A stretch of 64,000 nt of DNA from positions 11,718,001-11,782,000 of the forward strand of contig OU015568.1 of NCBI GenBank assembly GCA_907165135.1, written 5' to 3'. The notes under the pieces were generated by a model. It saw only the letters and a program-made list of their open reading frames with translations. It had not been told where the DNA came from and searched no databases. The stretch comes from Oikopleura dioica (lineage: Eukaryota > Animalia > Chordata). Below are positions 1 to 12,900 of the stretch, one piece after another. The stretch's first letter is position 1. Each line of letters begins with the position of its first letter. The position numbers were made by a program, and so were the translations under genes.

Positions 1-2
1 TG

Positions 3-410
3 ATGATGGTTCTTCTCAGCTCGATGTCCGGCGGCATGAACACCCAGAGCGGCTTCGACAACTCCTTCAACCTGCTTCTGCCCCTGCTTCTCATGAACGA
101 CACTAGCTCTGACGACAACGGCTCGCTGCTCGTTTTGATGATGGCTATGCAGAGCGCCGCTCCCGGAACTGGCATGGGCAGCAACATGCTCCTTCCTTTG
201 ATGCTTATGGACGACAGCGGCAGCAACGAAGACCTTGTCTTCTACATGATGATGTTTGGCGCGGGCAACAACGGAGGATGCAATAAGGCCAGCGTCACCC
301 TTCCTCAGGAGATCGTCCAGCCAGCACCTGTCGCCCAGCCTCAGCAGCCTGTCGTGATCTACCAGCAGCCGAACTACCGAACCGCTGGAAACTACGCTTA
401 CTTCGGTTAA
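3..410 (+). CDS. Met/Leu-rich low-complexity protein, 3' part (5' end outside window)
   Basis: Open 135-aa ORF with repeated LLPLLLMND / MLLPLMLMDD / LVFYMMM motifs and a Q/P-rich tail; followed by an AT-rich 3' UTR. No family recognised. Confidence 0.7.
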   Translation: MMVLLSSMSGGMNTQSGFDNSFNLLLPLLLMNDTSSDDNGSLLVLMMAMQSAAPGTGMGSNMLLPLMLMDDSGSNEDLVFYMMMFGAGNNGGCNKASVTLPQEIVQPAPVAQPQQPVVIYQQPNYRTAGNYAYFG

Positions 411-756
411 TTTAATTTATGCAGAGTTACTGTAACTCGCTGCTTCATTCTTTCTTTTTTGACATTTCTTTCAAATAACTTATATTTTCCCGACCATTCT
501 ACTCCATCACTATTCTTAAATATTTTTCAAAAAATAAAATTATCGAAAAAAAATAATTAATGCGATTACGTTAGCTCTAGAATACAATATTTACGAAAAA
601 TAGGCTTAAGTTTTGAGTTTTACGATTTTGAAGTGAAAAACTATGAAATCGATTCTAGTGAATCTCTAGAACTCCTACTGAGGGCATGCTGTTTTTCAAA
701 AAGTTGTCAGACTTAGTTTTGACTACTCAAGTCTTTCTCTTCGTTTTTTTCCTGGG

Positions 757-2745
757 ATGTCGACTCGGTCAGGCTCGGTAACTTCGGGCCGCTCAAATGG
801 CAAGTATCGGACGCGCTCCAAGACCTCTGAGGTAAGCTTTAGTTATGATTTACAGGCAAAAATTGGGTTCACAAGGTTGACGAGCTGCTCTTTGGCGGAC
901 CCAACGGTGGTCGACAGCCACGATCGGCTAACAGGAAGCCCGAAGTTCTCCAGGAAAGGGTTGATGATTTTAAATTTTGATTGCGTCCCCGTTAAATTTA
1001 TAACCTTTCAAAGGTGATCACCAAAGATCTTATCCGCAATGTGATTGTGCCTCAGCCGAAGTCCGACCGATCCATTTTGCTGGAGAAGTCAATGGCTCAG
1101 CATATCGAGGAAAAGTCCTTTGTGAAGTCTAAGGAGGTAATACTTTCTGCTTCAAGCAAATTCTATGATTTTTTCAGACGATCAGGGCCGAAATGGACTT
1201 GGCGCGGAAAGAAAAGAACGATGCGATAACCGCTGCCGCCCAGAGAAAAGAACGATTCAAGGAGATCGACATTCATCGTAAAATGAGCCAGGTAACAAAG
1301 GATTAACTCGCCCAAATATTAATGTGGATTTTAAGGCGTTGAATGAGATCGACCTTGAAGCCAAACGAATCAACGAGCATTTGCTTGAAAATGCTAAGGC
1401 TAAGCGACTCGAGCAAGAGGACGAAATCAAGCATCTCAACGAGCTCATCCTCAATGCCAAGGTAAAAAACAAATCTCTTTGTTGATTCCAATGACGAAAT
1501 TCAGTGCCACGCTATTCGCGATGCGCAAATCTTGGAACGGGACCTTATCCAAAAGGAGGAGATGGAAGATGAGGCTCGTTGTGATCGAATTTCTGAAGTT
1601 CACCGGTTCGTAAACATTTTCTATTCTAGAGATTTACAGTTTTTAGCTTGAACTGCATCCAGGACGCGGAGCAGAAAAAAGCGCTTATGACGGCGAAAAG
1701 AATAGAAGGCGCTCAGCAGATCATGGACCAGATTAGGAGAAATGAGGAAGCTCGCATTTTGGAAGAGGAGCGCAAAAACGCTGAACAAGGTAATTCTTAA
1801 TCTTTTTATACATTTTATATTGGTTGATTTTAGCTGCTCTGAACCGATATATCGCCAAGTTGAAACAAGAAGACTTGGACAAGTTGCGCGAGAAGCGAGA
1901 GTACCAGGCTGGTATTCAGAAGGATATCGACGTCCTCAATCAACAGACACAAATTGTCAAAGAACGCAAGATCCAGGAGGAGAAAGAACTCGAAAAGAAG
2001 ATTAATGCGTTCGTTGAACACCGTGAAGCGCGCGAGGCTGCTTTCAAGGCTGAGCAAGAGTACATAAGGAAACTAAAGGAGGAGAAAGCGATGCGACTCC
2101 TTCGACTTCAGGAGAGTCAGAACGTAAGTTTTCGTTGCCTCGATCTTCTTTTTTATCAAATTTTAAGGACCACAAGGCGGAGCAAGACGCCATTCGTGCC
2201 AAACACGAGCGAGAAGCCGCCGATCGAGAATGGCGAGCCAAGGAGCTCGAGAAGAAGAGGAAGAACGAGGAGACTTTAGATATGCTGAAGCAAGCTCGAC
2301 TGAAGCAGATTGAAACTCGTGAACACTACCAAGCTGTTCAGGCGCAGCGTGAGCGCGACGAATTCCAGCGAATTCTCCACAATCAAACTCTTAAGGCTAA
2401 AGCCGAGAAGGAGGAAGATCAGGTAAATTTGACAATAGTGAGAAAGGTGATTGATTGAACGTTTAGGCTCGACATGAGAACAACCTGAAACACGCCGAGG
2501 ATATCCGCAAGCAGATCCGCGACCGGGAGCAGGAACGACTTCAGAAACGTCGGGAGTACTTTGAGGAGGCCAACCGCAAAATGGCGGCCGAGATCGAGCA
2601 CCGCAACAAGCTGCGCGAGCTCAAGGTGAAGAAACTTGAGGACCTTCGCCGCGCTGGCGTGCCCGACAAATACACCGCAGAGGTAGCCCGACGCGTCCTC
2701 GACGACTCGCAGAAGCCGCTTCAGCCGCTCCACGTCAAGAAATAA
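757..2745 (+). CDS. CFAP45: Cilia- and flagella-associated protein 45 (CCDC19), multi-exon
   Basis: Spliced translation gives YRTRSKTSE|VDELLFG, VITKDLIRNVIVP, ELILNAK|CHAIRDAQILE, AEQDAIRAKHEREAADREW and KKLEDLRRAGVPDKY, all matching CFAP45/TPH-domain motifs. Short GT-AG introns, e.g. 832-875 and 1137-1177. Confidence 0.92.
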
Positions 2746-3346
2746 ATCCTGACGTGCTTTATTTCTTTATAACTTTAATAAACTATTTATTTTTCTACCA
2801 AAAACAATCAAAATGTTTTCAAAAGGCAACCTCTTGATCACATTTTGTCGTTTATGATTTCATTGAAAGACGAATTCAAAATCATCTGTCTGAAAGACGA
2901 AATAGGCGAAACATTGATAAAAGGGAGCACTTACAAACGGTTCATCAAAAGTCATCGTGAAGAGACGGGCGAGGGTAATTTCTATAATTGATCACTTCCT
3001 GAGGACTGATTTTTGATGAGCTATCCCTCTGTGCTCAGACTCTGGTATTGATTTTCGGCGCCATGGGAAGACAAGGTATATTTTAGAATGAGGAGTTTTA
3101 TTGTTTGGAGAGTGTCTTCTTATGTCAGAGTGAGTGATAAGCTATTTTTAATGAAAAAATATTAGAAAAAATTTTTGAGTATCATAATATTTGGAGGATA
3201 AAAAGAAAAACAGGATTGTTAAATGCAAAGTCCTTTGAAATTGTGAGAAGTAGAAAGAGCGTACTGCTCTACATCCTTTCTATTTTTGTGACAGGTGCGT
3301 CAACTCAATGCTAATGGCGAACTTAACTGGCTCCTTCAACATGTTT

Positions 3347-4456
3347 TTACAACTTGGTCAGACAAACTTGTAAATGTGAAAGCACGTAATTAGCATGTTT
3401 AAAAGGCATTTTTGCCGAATTGACAAGAATGATGGTTGACCTTTTTAGCTCTTGATAATCATCACACTTGGCGGCCGAAATGATTGATTCCAGAAGATGC
3501 AGAAACACCTGAACTAGCCGCCCTAGAAATGGCCGAACGCCAACTTGGCCGCTACTCGAATAATCATTCTGAAGAGGTCCAAGCATTTTTTCGGTTTCCT
3601 CAATTGAATCGACAATGAAAAGCCAAATGTTTCCCGAAAAGAACTGTAAAGAAAAAGTGTGAAATTTATCACTGTCAGTCCCTTTGTCACGAAAAAATCG
3701 CACCGATTCATTACCCTCGATTCTCATCCTCTTTCGGAAGCCTGGTCTGATCCAAAAACGGTGACCCGAATCGTCAGGTACTCAGAACCAAGTGACATCT
3801 TTCGCCGGTGAAAATTAAAGTCATAAAATGTTGAATAGTACCTCGTCGAAAATAACAAGTGTCAAGGTCTTGTTTGACATTTTCTTTCGCTCGTCGTTCT
3901 GAGGCTGCTTTGGATAACTTTGGTTACTGGATATTACAAGCACTAAAGTTATTGAAACAGCCCGCCACTTTGGCACCTTGGCAATGTTGAAACCAGTAAC
4001 AATGAATACGCGGCCCAGATTAACGGAGAATTTGATCAGTAGACTGGCTTTATTCTCATAACGAATCAGGGTTATTTTCAAGACATTCTACAGAAGATTT
4101 TTGTAAAAAATGATTTAGTATCAAGATTATAGCGGAAATAATAAGCAGTCATTATCATAAGTCCTTGATTTACGAATAACAAGATAAAAGGTGATAGCGT
4201 ATCTCTTTTAATTTATAGAGCAGCTTTCAAAAAATCATTCAGAATTTATGATTCTTTGTCTTTGCGTTAAAACTGTCAAACAGGCACAAAGTGCGATTAT
4301 GAGCAAAACATGACAAAACTGGTAAAGCGATTTTAGGTAGAAACATGTGTTTAAATTTTGAGGTGATGCTCGCAACCGCGATCGCTCGATGGAATGTGGA
4401 TTGCCTTTTGAACTGCCTCTGAGCAATTGCTGATTCCTCCCTTCTGAAATAACCAA
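3347..4456 (-). CDS. Possible multi-exon membrane protein, unresolved
   Basis: Chain of minus-strand ORFs, one with a hydrophobic segment (FCHVLLIIALCACLTVLT) and others with protein-like composition. Exon joins not resolved. Confidence 0.2.
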
Positions 4457-7025
4457 CCGGTAAGAAGGCTTTGAAGGCCATTGTCATCAACAGAGATCCA
4501 ACTTTCAAGTACCCACTTCCGGAAGCAATCGATTCTAGTACCAGACGGTAAGCTCGTAATTTACAGACCGCGCGGGCCGAAAAAAATAAACAAACAAGAT
4601 GGTGGTTGAATTCGATAATTGTTCATAAAATTGACATTTGAAAAATTGTTCTCAAAATGATTCTTTTCGAAAAATTGTAAATGAAAAATAAAGTAAGTTT
4701 TCAAGGTCTCAGTAGATTTTGCCCTTAGTGAAGGTCAGCCGCGCTGGCGAAAATTTGTCTGTCACAGACACAGTAACAGATAATAAACCAAACTCAAGAG
4801 ATTTTCAGCGAGTGTAGTGTTTATTTACCACTGCAATAAAACGTGGCACGGGGATATCAATCTCCATCCCTAAAAAATTTGTTTGGTCGCGAAAATGCTC
4901 TTCGCAGATTATCCGGGAAACTCATCGTGCTCCAAATTTTATCGTGCATCCGGGACGAGCTAAATTTCCGTTTGCACGGAAGATGCCTGGAAATTGGATA
5001 AGCAATTTACAATTTGCTATTTTTTCCTATTGTGGCAATAGAAAAATATTTAAATGGGATGATGGGAAAAGAAAAGTAAGGAATTTCCGGGAAATTCGGG
5101 TAGTTTTATGAGAATTTTTCATTGAATCTTTGTTTTTGCCAAAACACCATTATAATTTTTAAACTTAATTTTGACCAAAAACTCGCTCATTGTCTACTGG
5201 AAGATATCAATTTAGTACTTTTTCTAATAAGAAGGTAGACAGTCTAGCTCAAATAAAAAAATATTGCTCGAATAAAAAATTGCTGAGCTTTGAAAATAAC
5301 CGAAACATTTAATAAGGGTTTCCCTTATCACCACGAATGGTATCTTGTGAAAACAAGTATTCGAGCGAGCAAGGGAGAGTGGAAAGAAACTCCGAAGCTG
5401 GTATCACATGTGATTGCCGATTGCGGGCGCCTGCTTCTGAACTTGAGCCAAAATCTTCAATTAGACGCTCTTTATCATTTGCCGAGTTCAAGCTCATTGC
5501 TAAATCATGAGAAGTCGCATCACCATTTTTACGGTCTGAGCATCTGTATGCGAGCTTTTTCGACCGCTGGAATATCTGGTAATAAAAAAGGGGGCTTATC
5601 AAATGACCAGCAAATACTTTGATCAAACCCTCGTCGCGCTGACAGTTTGCTGTCAAATTCGACTATGATTTTTGATTGAAAGTCTCTCTGGGTGGCTTTC
5701 TTTCAAAATCTTTTTCTTGGAGACGCAGATTTTCCACGACAAAAAGCATTTATCACTTCTTTGAGTTTCTAAAAATTGCTCAGAAAAGGGGAAAGCAAAA
5801 ATTATAAGTGGAATTCCTTTGTCTTGTTTTTTCGTTTCCTTCGATTGAGTTCTACTCAAGAATCCGGAGCTTAATTCTATGTAAAGCACTTGTGCTTAAA
5901 GTTGTGGTATTCGCTTGTTCACCAGTGCGAGGCACTTCTTTTTAATCATCATATAATGTGTCAAATTGAGCAGTTGAAAGGTGTAATGTTCGAAACTCTG
6001 CGGGAAACGTCAAGTTCCGGAAGGCGCTTTTGGCGGATTTATTTCGCACCGGATCAATAAAAACAACCACGGCTAACAGAACACTGACTTTTCTTGTCAA
6101 AAAGAACATCTTTTAAAATTATCTAGGGATTTATTATGATGCTTGTTTTCGCTCGGAAGCGCGTGCCAACTTCTGAAATTAGCCCTCTTTTTCTCTCTAC
6201 GATACATAATATAAAAACAGCGAAATTGGCAAAGGGAACTTCTCGCGCTTGAAAATCTTTATTTGCTTATTTTCAAAACATGACCGTGTAAAACACTTCT
6301 TTTTGTAAATTGACCGGGAAGGGCACGTGTCCGAGCTTGAATTTCGTATTCCCCGGCGTCGGGGCTAATTTGCTTTGTCAATTTTTGGACATGACTTCCG
6401 ATTTATAATTTAAAAGAGGCGTTGAAATGTAAGAATGCTCTGATACCTTGAATTAGAGCCGATAATAAACAATTAGACAATTAGCATACATTATGAAATG
6501 ATCAATTCTCGTGAAAGTGCCAGTTTCTAACCCCTGTTTGATGATTTTTTCTTTGATGATTTTTCTCAAGAATCATTTGGAAATGAATTTTGAATTATAG
6601 AAATGATGAAACGACGATTCAACAGGCAGTACTTTTCAATTTTGTTAAACAAGCCTTTTTCTACCGAGATAGTCGACCCAAATTACGGGGGATGTTTAGG
6701 AATGTGGGTTAAAAATCCTCTCGGACATTTTTCGAGTAGCCTAGGTGTGAGATTAGGCGCGTTGTAAGGGAGCGCTACTACGCCCCCGATCGCGCGTCGC
6801 GGCGCCATCTCTAGCTGCCGCGCATCTCTATTTTTCGATGAGCGGCGGGAGGTCTCTTTCTTGCCCCATTTTACTGTAGCCAGAAGATCATCCTTCATAG
6901 CACTTTTTAGCCGCTATCTCCTGATGAGTATATAGAGACCTGAAAGTGAAGACAACGAAGAAACGAGAGATCTTCAAAAATAGAGATTAACTCGCTGCTG
7001 AAGAAGAGGTCGAAGAAGAAAAGGG

Positions 7026-7397
7026 ATGAAAATTTGGGGCCTGGCTCTTCTGAGTCAGCTCGCCACGGCCTACCGAGGAGGAGATGTACTTCACGAAAGT
7101 TTCAAAGGTAAGATTCGGGACATTTTAAATTAAAATCGAACAAAGGCTGGGAAGAAACCGTAGTAAATATGGACTAAAAAGGGGTATTTGGGGAGTGTTG
7201 ACTCAGGAGAGATCGCGGAATTTGTATATTTGGGTCGACAAGAAATGACGCTTTTTGGTAAATACGGGAGAGGATCAAAAACGGGACATTGGGACTGGGG
7301 CTTGTTGAACTTGGGAACCAGCGTTGCTCTTTTTGCGGCTTTTATGATCGGCCGTCTCTCTCATCCCTCCAACTTTCCAACTTTAATGCAATCCTAA
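7026..7397 (+). CDS. Small protein (about 90 aa) with signal peptide and C-terminal hydrophobic segment
   Basis: ATG 7026 MKIWGLALLSQLATA; strong donor G|gtaag at 7108; in-frame acceptor ctcag at 7206 continues GEIAEFVYLG...LLNLGTSVALFAAFMIG...stop 7397. Confidence 0.4.
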
Positions 7398-9998
7398 AGT
7401 GGCCCACCCTGAAATCACTGTTTCCGAGCAATCCCGTAACACCTTCGTAAATTATCATTACTAACCCCACGCTTAACTTGTTTCCTCTGTCAATACAAAG
7501 CGACGAAAAACTGACAGGCTGACTTTTGCAAATCATGACCACGGGAAATATCCACACTCGTTTTCTGTCAAACATAATTGTCGTATTTCCGCTTCGAAAA
7601 TCACCGTCGCATGCAAGTACATAAAATTCTTTGCCAAAAGACGGCACTCTCCCGTTTTTTTTTTTACAAAAAGTCGATGGTTTCCAACTCAAACATGTAT
7701 TATGACTTTTTGGAGTAGAGATATCGCGATCAAGTCGCCATAAACGTGAATGATGGTCTTAATCGCAATCCTAAAAGGCTAAAATGGGGCACGGACACAA
7801 TGCCGCCGGATAACATAATTTTGCCAGAGCCAAAGAAATATGAAATTTTATACTTCCGCTTCGTCTCAGACAATAATTAGCCGCCGACTTTGAATGATTT
7901 CCCTCGGAAAACGTCGCCCACTGGCCACCCAGGCTCTTCTTCCTTTATGTTTCTATTGGAAACAATAACACAAATAAGACCCCTTGTCTGTCGAGCTAGT
8001 AATTGCCATCCGAGATCGTTTAGTTCTTCATCTCGACTTTTCAAAGGGAAATATTTTAAATCGAGTAAACAGAAATTTCGCAAGAAGAATTTTCGAAGAT
8101 CAAGCTTTTGGCAAGTATAAAAGATTAAAGTCAAACTCAAGTGCTCCCCTTTGCGCTTGAGCTTTGAGCCGTGCTCAAGTTCATCTGCTCCTCTTTTTAG
8201 TTCGATGATTTGAAATTTCGAAAATCAATTTCGTGCACGGGCTGTTGAGTTTTCTCAAGTCGGAAATAGTCGTCCTATGCTTCAGATCGATTCATTCCCT
8301 GTTCTAAAAACAAAACGCATTGTTTCCTTTGGCGAGAATAAGCTCTTCTTTTTTTTCAACCCTTTTCGAGTGGCCTGCTACTTACAAAAACAGCCATAAT
8401 AGCTCCATAATTACTCGATGGCGTCGATTGATGCCGGATATAAATAGCTTATACGGACAGAAAATGCGGTTAAAGTTGCCTTGGTGCGTTACGTTGAGTT
8501 TTATAGGGGCCAGCGAGGTTCCATTCTTCTCACGATCGCGAATTCGTTTTTACGATTGCTTTGAACCTTGCGCTAAAGCGCACAAAATGACTAAAAAAGC
8601 TCAGACAATTTCTTCAAAAGATACGTGACAAGCTGCAAAGCTCATCTCACAATGTCAAGCGAGTTACTCTTTCTAGTTCTCGGGTCATCGAGGTTAAACC
8701 AATCTGACTTCATTTCATCCTAAATTTAAAATTCCAATGGTCCTAAATTTCAATGGAATTCAAGTTGAAAAGCGATCATAAAAGAGATCCACCCGCTCTA
8801 ATGAATATTTATGTATAAAAAATTCAAACCGGCTAAATTGGGCCCTTGATTTAAAAAAAAAAAAATAAGATGCCCGTGACGACCCCTACCGCGCCAGATT
8901 TTCTGCGGTCGGGTTAGCTTCGCTCATCCAATTTTCTTCCCAGCTGTGCCAGGGTCAAGCTCAGCTGATACGGATCCTTGTGTTGTGCAATGTTCTTGGG
9001 TTGAGTCACCTATCAGCTGGAGATTCTACAGACAAGAGTACTTATAATCCAAAGAAGTAGAAATTGAGCAACAAATAATTATGACTTGTAAAGCTGCAAA
9101 TAGGAAGCCAGGTTCAAGACCTGGGTGGGCTTAGCGTTTATAACTATTATATTGGATACGAGTAAGGCCACAGCGCAACTAATAATAGTAAATCATTTCG
9201 TTTTGATAAAGCCAGCAGTTTGTTATTACGTCAATTAAAATTTATTGAATTCAACTTTTCTCGCAGAGGGCGCATTTTTTTTCTTTCGCTGTTTGGATAA
9301 AAATTTGCGTTTGGAAAATTTTTGGCCGCCTTTATCTCCTGTAATGCTTTAGCACGTGAGCCCTTTATCGCCATTTTCGAACAAGATAAAGCGACTTCCT
9401 CGACAACTGCTCAATATTTTGCTGCTCAAGTGAGCGCGAAGTTTTCCAAGTTAATCTTTCTCCTCTTTTTTATATAATTATTTGTTTTTTTCTTGATTGA
9501 ATGATATGGGAAAGGATGATGGATTTTTATGGCATTTGCCCATCTAAGGGCTTATTTAACGCTTGCCTTCATGGTTCGCGAAATAACACGTAAATGGCAG
9601 GTGCTCCTTAAAAAGCAAATAAGGAGATCCATTCTCTCTTCTTATATAAAGTCATTTGACGGGCACATAATTTTGGAAACGATTTATTACCTACTGAAGG
9701 GACCATGATTAAATGGCCGCTTCATTTTCCAGCTGCGGGGGGGGGGGCCTTTGAGCATTTTTCAAGTTGAGGAACTATTATAAAGAAAGGCGGGACAGGC
9801 AACTTGAAATTCTTAGAAATGCAAAAGTTGCGGTAATTGTGCCCAAACTGGCGGCTCGAGCACGAGTGCTTCCGATTGAGGCTGCTTTACAAGGGATAAT
9901 GACCGTGAAAAGATTTCGCGCTTCTTTGCCCTTGATCTGTTATTTTTTGTTGAGCGAGTTTAGCTTGACTGAAAAGATTGATAATATGACGTAGTTTT

Positions 9999-12900
9999 AT
10001 GCTAATCGGGGCACTTCTCTTGACACTCTTCTTTTTGTCAAAAGGATCAGCCGGAAATAATGCTATACCTAGTAGTTTGGATATACAGCGGCTCTGGTTT
10101 AGCTTTGAAAAGAAACGGAAATTGATAAACTCGGTAACCGCCCCGCAATCAGTCCTTGACTTGAGAGTGTGCCACTACTCAAATTCGCAGTTGATAAGAT
10201 TTAGAGACAACGTACCTAAAATTTAAAACCAGAAAATTTTCAAAATTTTCAATTACGAAAAGTTAATTTTAACTCATCAACGCAGAAGATTGATTAGATG
10301 ATTTTTAAGAGCGCTAAACTTGCGAAAATTGCTCCTAAACTTGTTGGCAAAAAATCAGGCTGTTTGTGTGACAAGTTTATTTTTAGAGCAGCGGATACGG
10401 GCGAATCGGGGCCAACATCCGTTTTGCATTTATAACCTAATCATGTGGAAAAAAGTGTGCGCAAAGGGCGAAATCGCGGATCATCCGAATAGCCGGATCT
10501 ACACTAAAGACGGACACCTTTATTTTTCGAGGCATTTTCCAAGTTTGGGGTGCTCAAGAGGCACTCTTGAATTTTGCACAGCTAATTGATTTCAACACGA
10601 ATTAAAGGATTTTCATGTAAAAAAATGCCCACGAGTTTATTTATAAAAAAAACTCTCGGGGTTTACTGAAAAGAGTCATTTACAAGTCCACCGAGCTGTT
10701 TGTTGAATGAGATTGAATTGAATATCGAAGGAGCAGGTGGTCGAGCATTGTTGCCATTCTCAAAGTCATATTTGCAAAAGCATCAAAAATTAAACGTCTT
10801 TTTATGCCCTGATCCGAGAAGTAATCCCAGGCACGGGCACGCACCCTTTTTACCTACGTTTTCGGAATCGCGGGTCCAAATGGAAGGAAATAGGCTTAGC
10901 TTGGAAATTCCTGTTTGGAGGTGAACTTTTCTTGATGAATTTGACACTAAACTGGCGCAGCGTGGAGATGGATCACCTGACAGATTGATGCGAGGCCCCG
11001 TCGGAACCCTCTTTTCCCTTTGACACCTTAATTTTAATTTCCTTGAGATATTTCTTGGGAACGGGGCTCAAATTTTGACGCTATTTTTTCGGGCAAATTA
11101 AAACGGAGAAATTCGCTGCTTTTGGATTTCAAGCTCAACTTCCAAAAATATTAGGGCTCTTTAATTCCATTACCTGGCCACCAGTGGCGAGTAAAAACAC
11201 CACCAAAAAACCTCATCAAACAGGTGTTTCACGCTAAAATAGAACTTCCAAAACAACGCTATCCCTTGTCCTCTATAACTTCGAAATTTACACTTTTCTC
11301 GAAGTGATTTTCTTTTAAATTCCGCGATCTCAACTGAAAATACACACCTTGAAAATTTCAATTCGAAGTTTGAAATTTTCGCCAAAAATAACAGCAGAAA
11401 ATTACTTTGCCAAAAGAAAAAGTAATTTTTTCATTCACAATCTAACCTTATCCTTTCATTTTGTAGCATGTCCCAAGCTGGAAGTATGCTGGAGGCCTTA
11501 CTTGGAAGCGAGGAGATCACCTCTGTGGTCGGAGAAGCTAAGAGTTTGAAAAATTGAAATTGAGATTTTTCAAACCGTAACATAACATAAACATAGTTTT
11601 ACTAACATAATGGCAATGATGATAATTATGTCTGAAAACTCGTTGACGGAAAACTCTAATTAAATTCGTGTAAAACTATTTTATTGCTCATTAAAATTCA
11701 TAAGAAGCCATTTATCGTAATCTGTAATCTGTAGATAAAATTCGACAACACTAAAAATTTTCACTTTTTCAACTCGGGAATAGTTTTTCCGCTGCGGGCA
11801 GTTAGAGTCGTACTGGAACTGCGCGGAGCCATTCCTAAACGAAGACAAAAAATACGCAGACATCAGTCTAAGGCTCATCAAAAAAGTCCATGACGAATGC
11901 GAGGGTAATGTATTTGTTCACTTTATTCATACTCTTCCTTGATTTTTCGACGATGAAAAATCAAATTCATGCGCTTTCGTGATTATCGTTGTTGATTTCA
12001 TTGGGTGAGAGATGAGATTTCAATTGTTGATTATTTTTGCGTTAATGTATTGAGAATTTTTTAATTTTGAAAATAGACTCTTAAGATTGTTTTAGATGGC
12101 GACGAGACGGAAATCGACCTGACGGCAGTTGTTCAACTCGATCATTCTAAAGCTGTCGAGATGATAGGAAGCGTGCTCCACTATCGATAAAACTCCAGAT
12201 TACCACACTAAGCACCAATTTAACACCTAGAAAGCCACAAGGTTTAAAAAACTAGTTTGATCAAAAATGGTCTTTCTCTGGCAGCTCTTCTTCTACGGAC
12301 CATAAGACAGCAAAAATAGTCCTAATAGATATTTATATTAACCTTCATTCTAATGAGAAGAGTTGTCTATCTTTAGGCATATCGCCATCCTCAGTGCCAG
12401 ACTTATTTGTTATCAAGCAATTAACTTTGAAATAGAAGAAAGAATCCCGTTATTTTTAATAAATTGTGTGTAACGCGTGAAAAGCCGGTAATGACGACTT
12501 CCCTACATTCCGATTCAAGCCTGGTCATAATCAAGCTCTGCCTGCAATTCAAGTATTTCCCCGACAACTCTACGAGGATTTCACCATTCTTGCAAACATC
12601 AGGTGCCCGAAAACATAAATTAATCGATCTTTTCCTTGAATCAAATTTCGCCAATGTTTGAATTAACAAAATTAGGCCAGAATTTGCTCTGATGCATTCA
12701 ATAATCCGGTATGAGTTGCATTTTACTTTAGTCGGTTTTTGTCTTCACGGCACTCTTTTTTCCCCATTCACTTGATTATTCACTCCGGTACTCTGTCAAA
12801 TTGAGGAACGATTATTCACTGATTATTCACGGCAAAACTTATCAATCAAAATTTTGACCTAATTATAAAAACAATCATTAGACCCGACTACAATGGAGGA

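Noticed and set aside
5290-5889. Overlapping ORFs of 78-115 aa on both strands
   Set aside because: No recognisable motif and no consistent splice path found.
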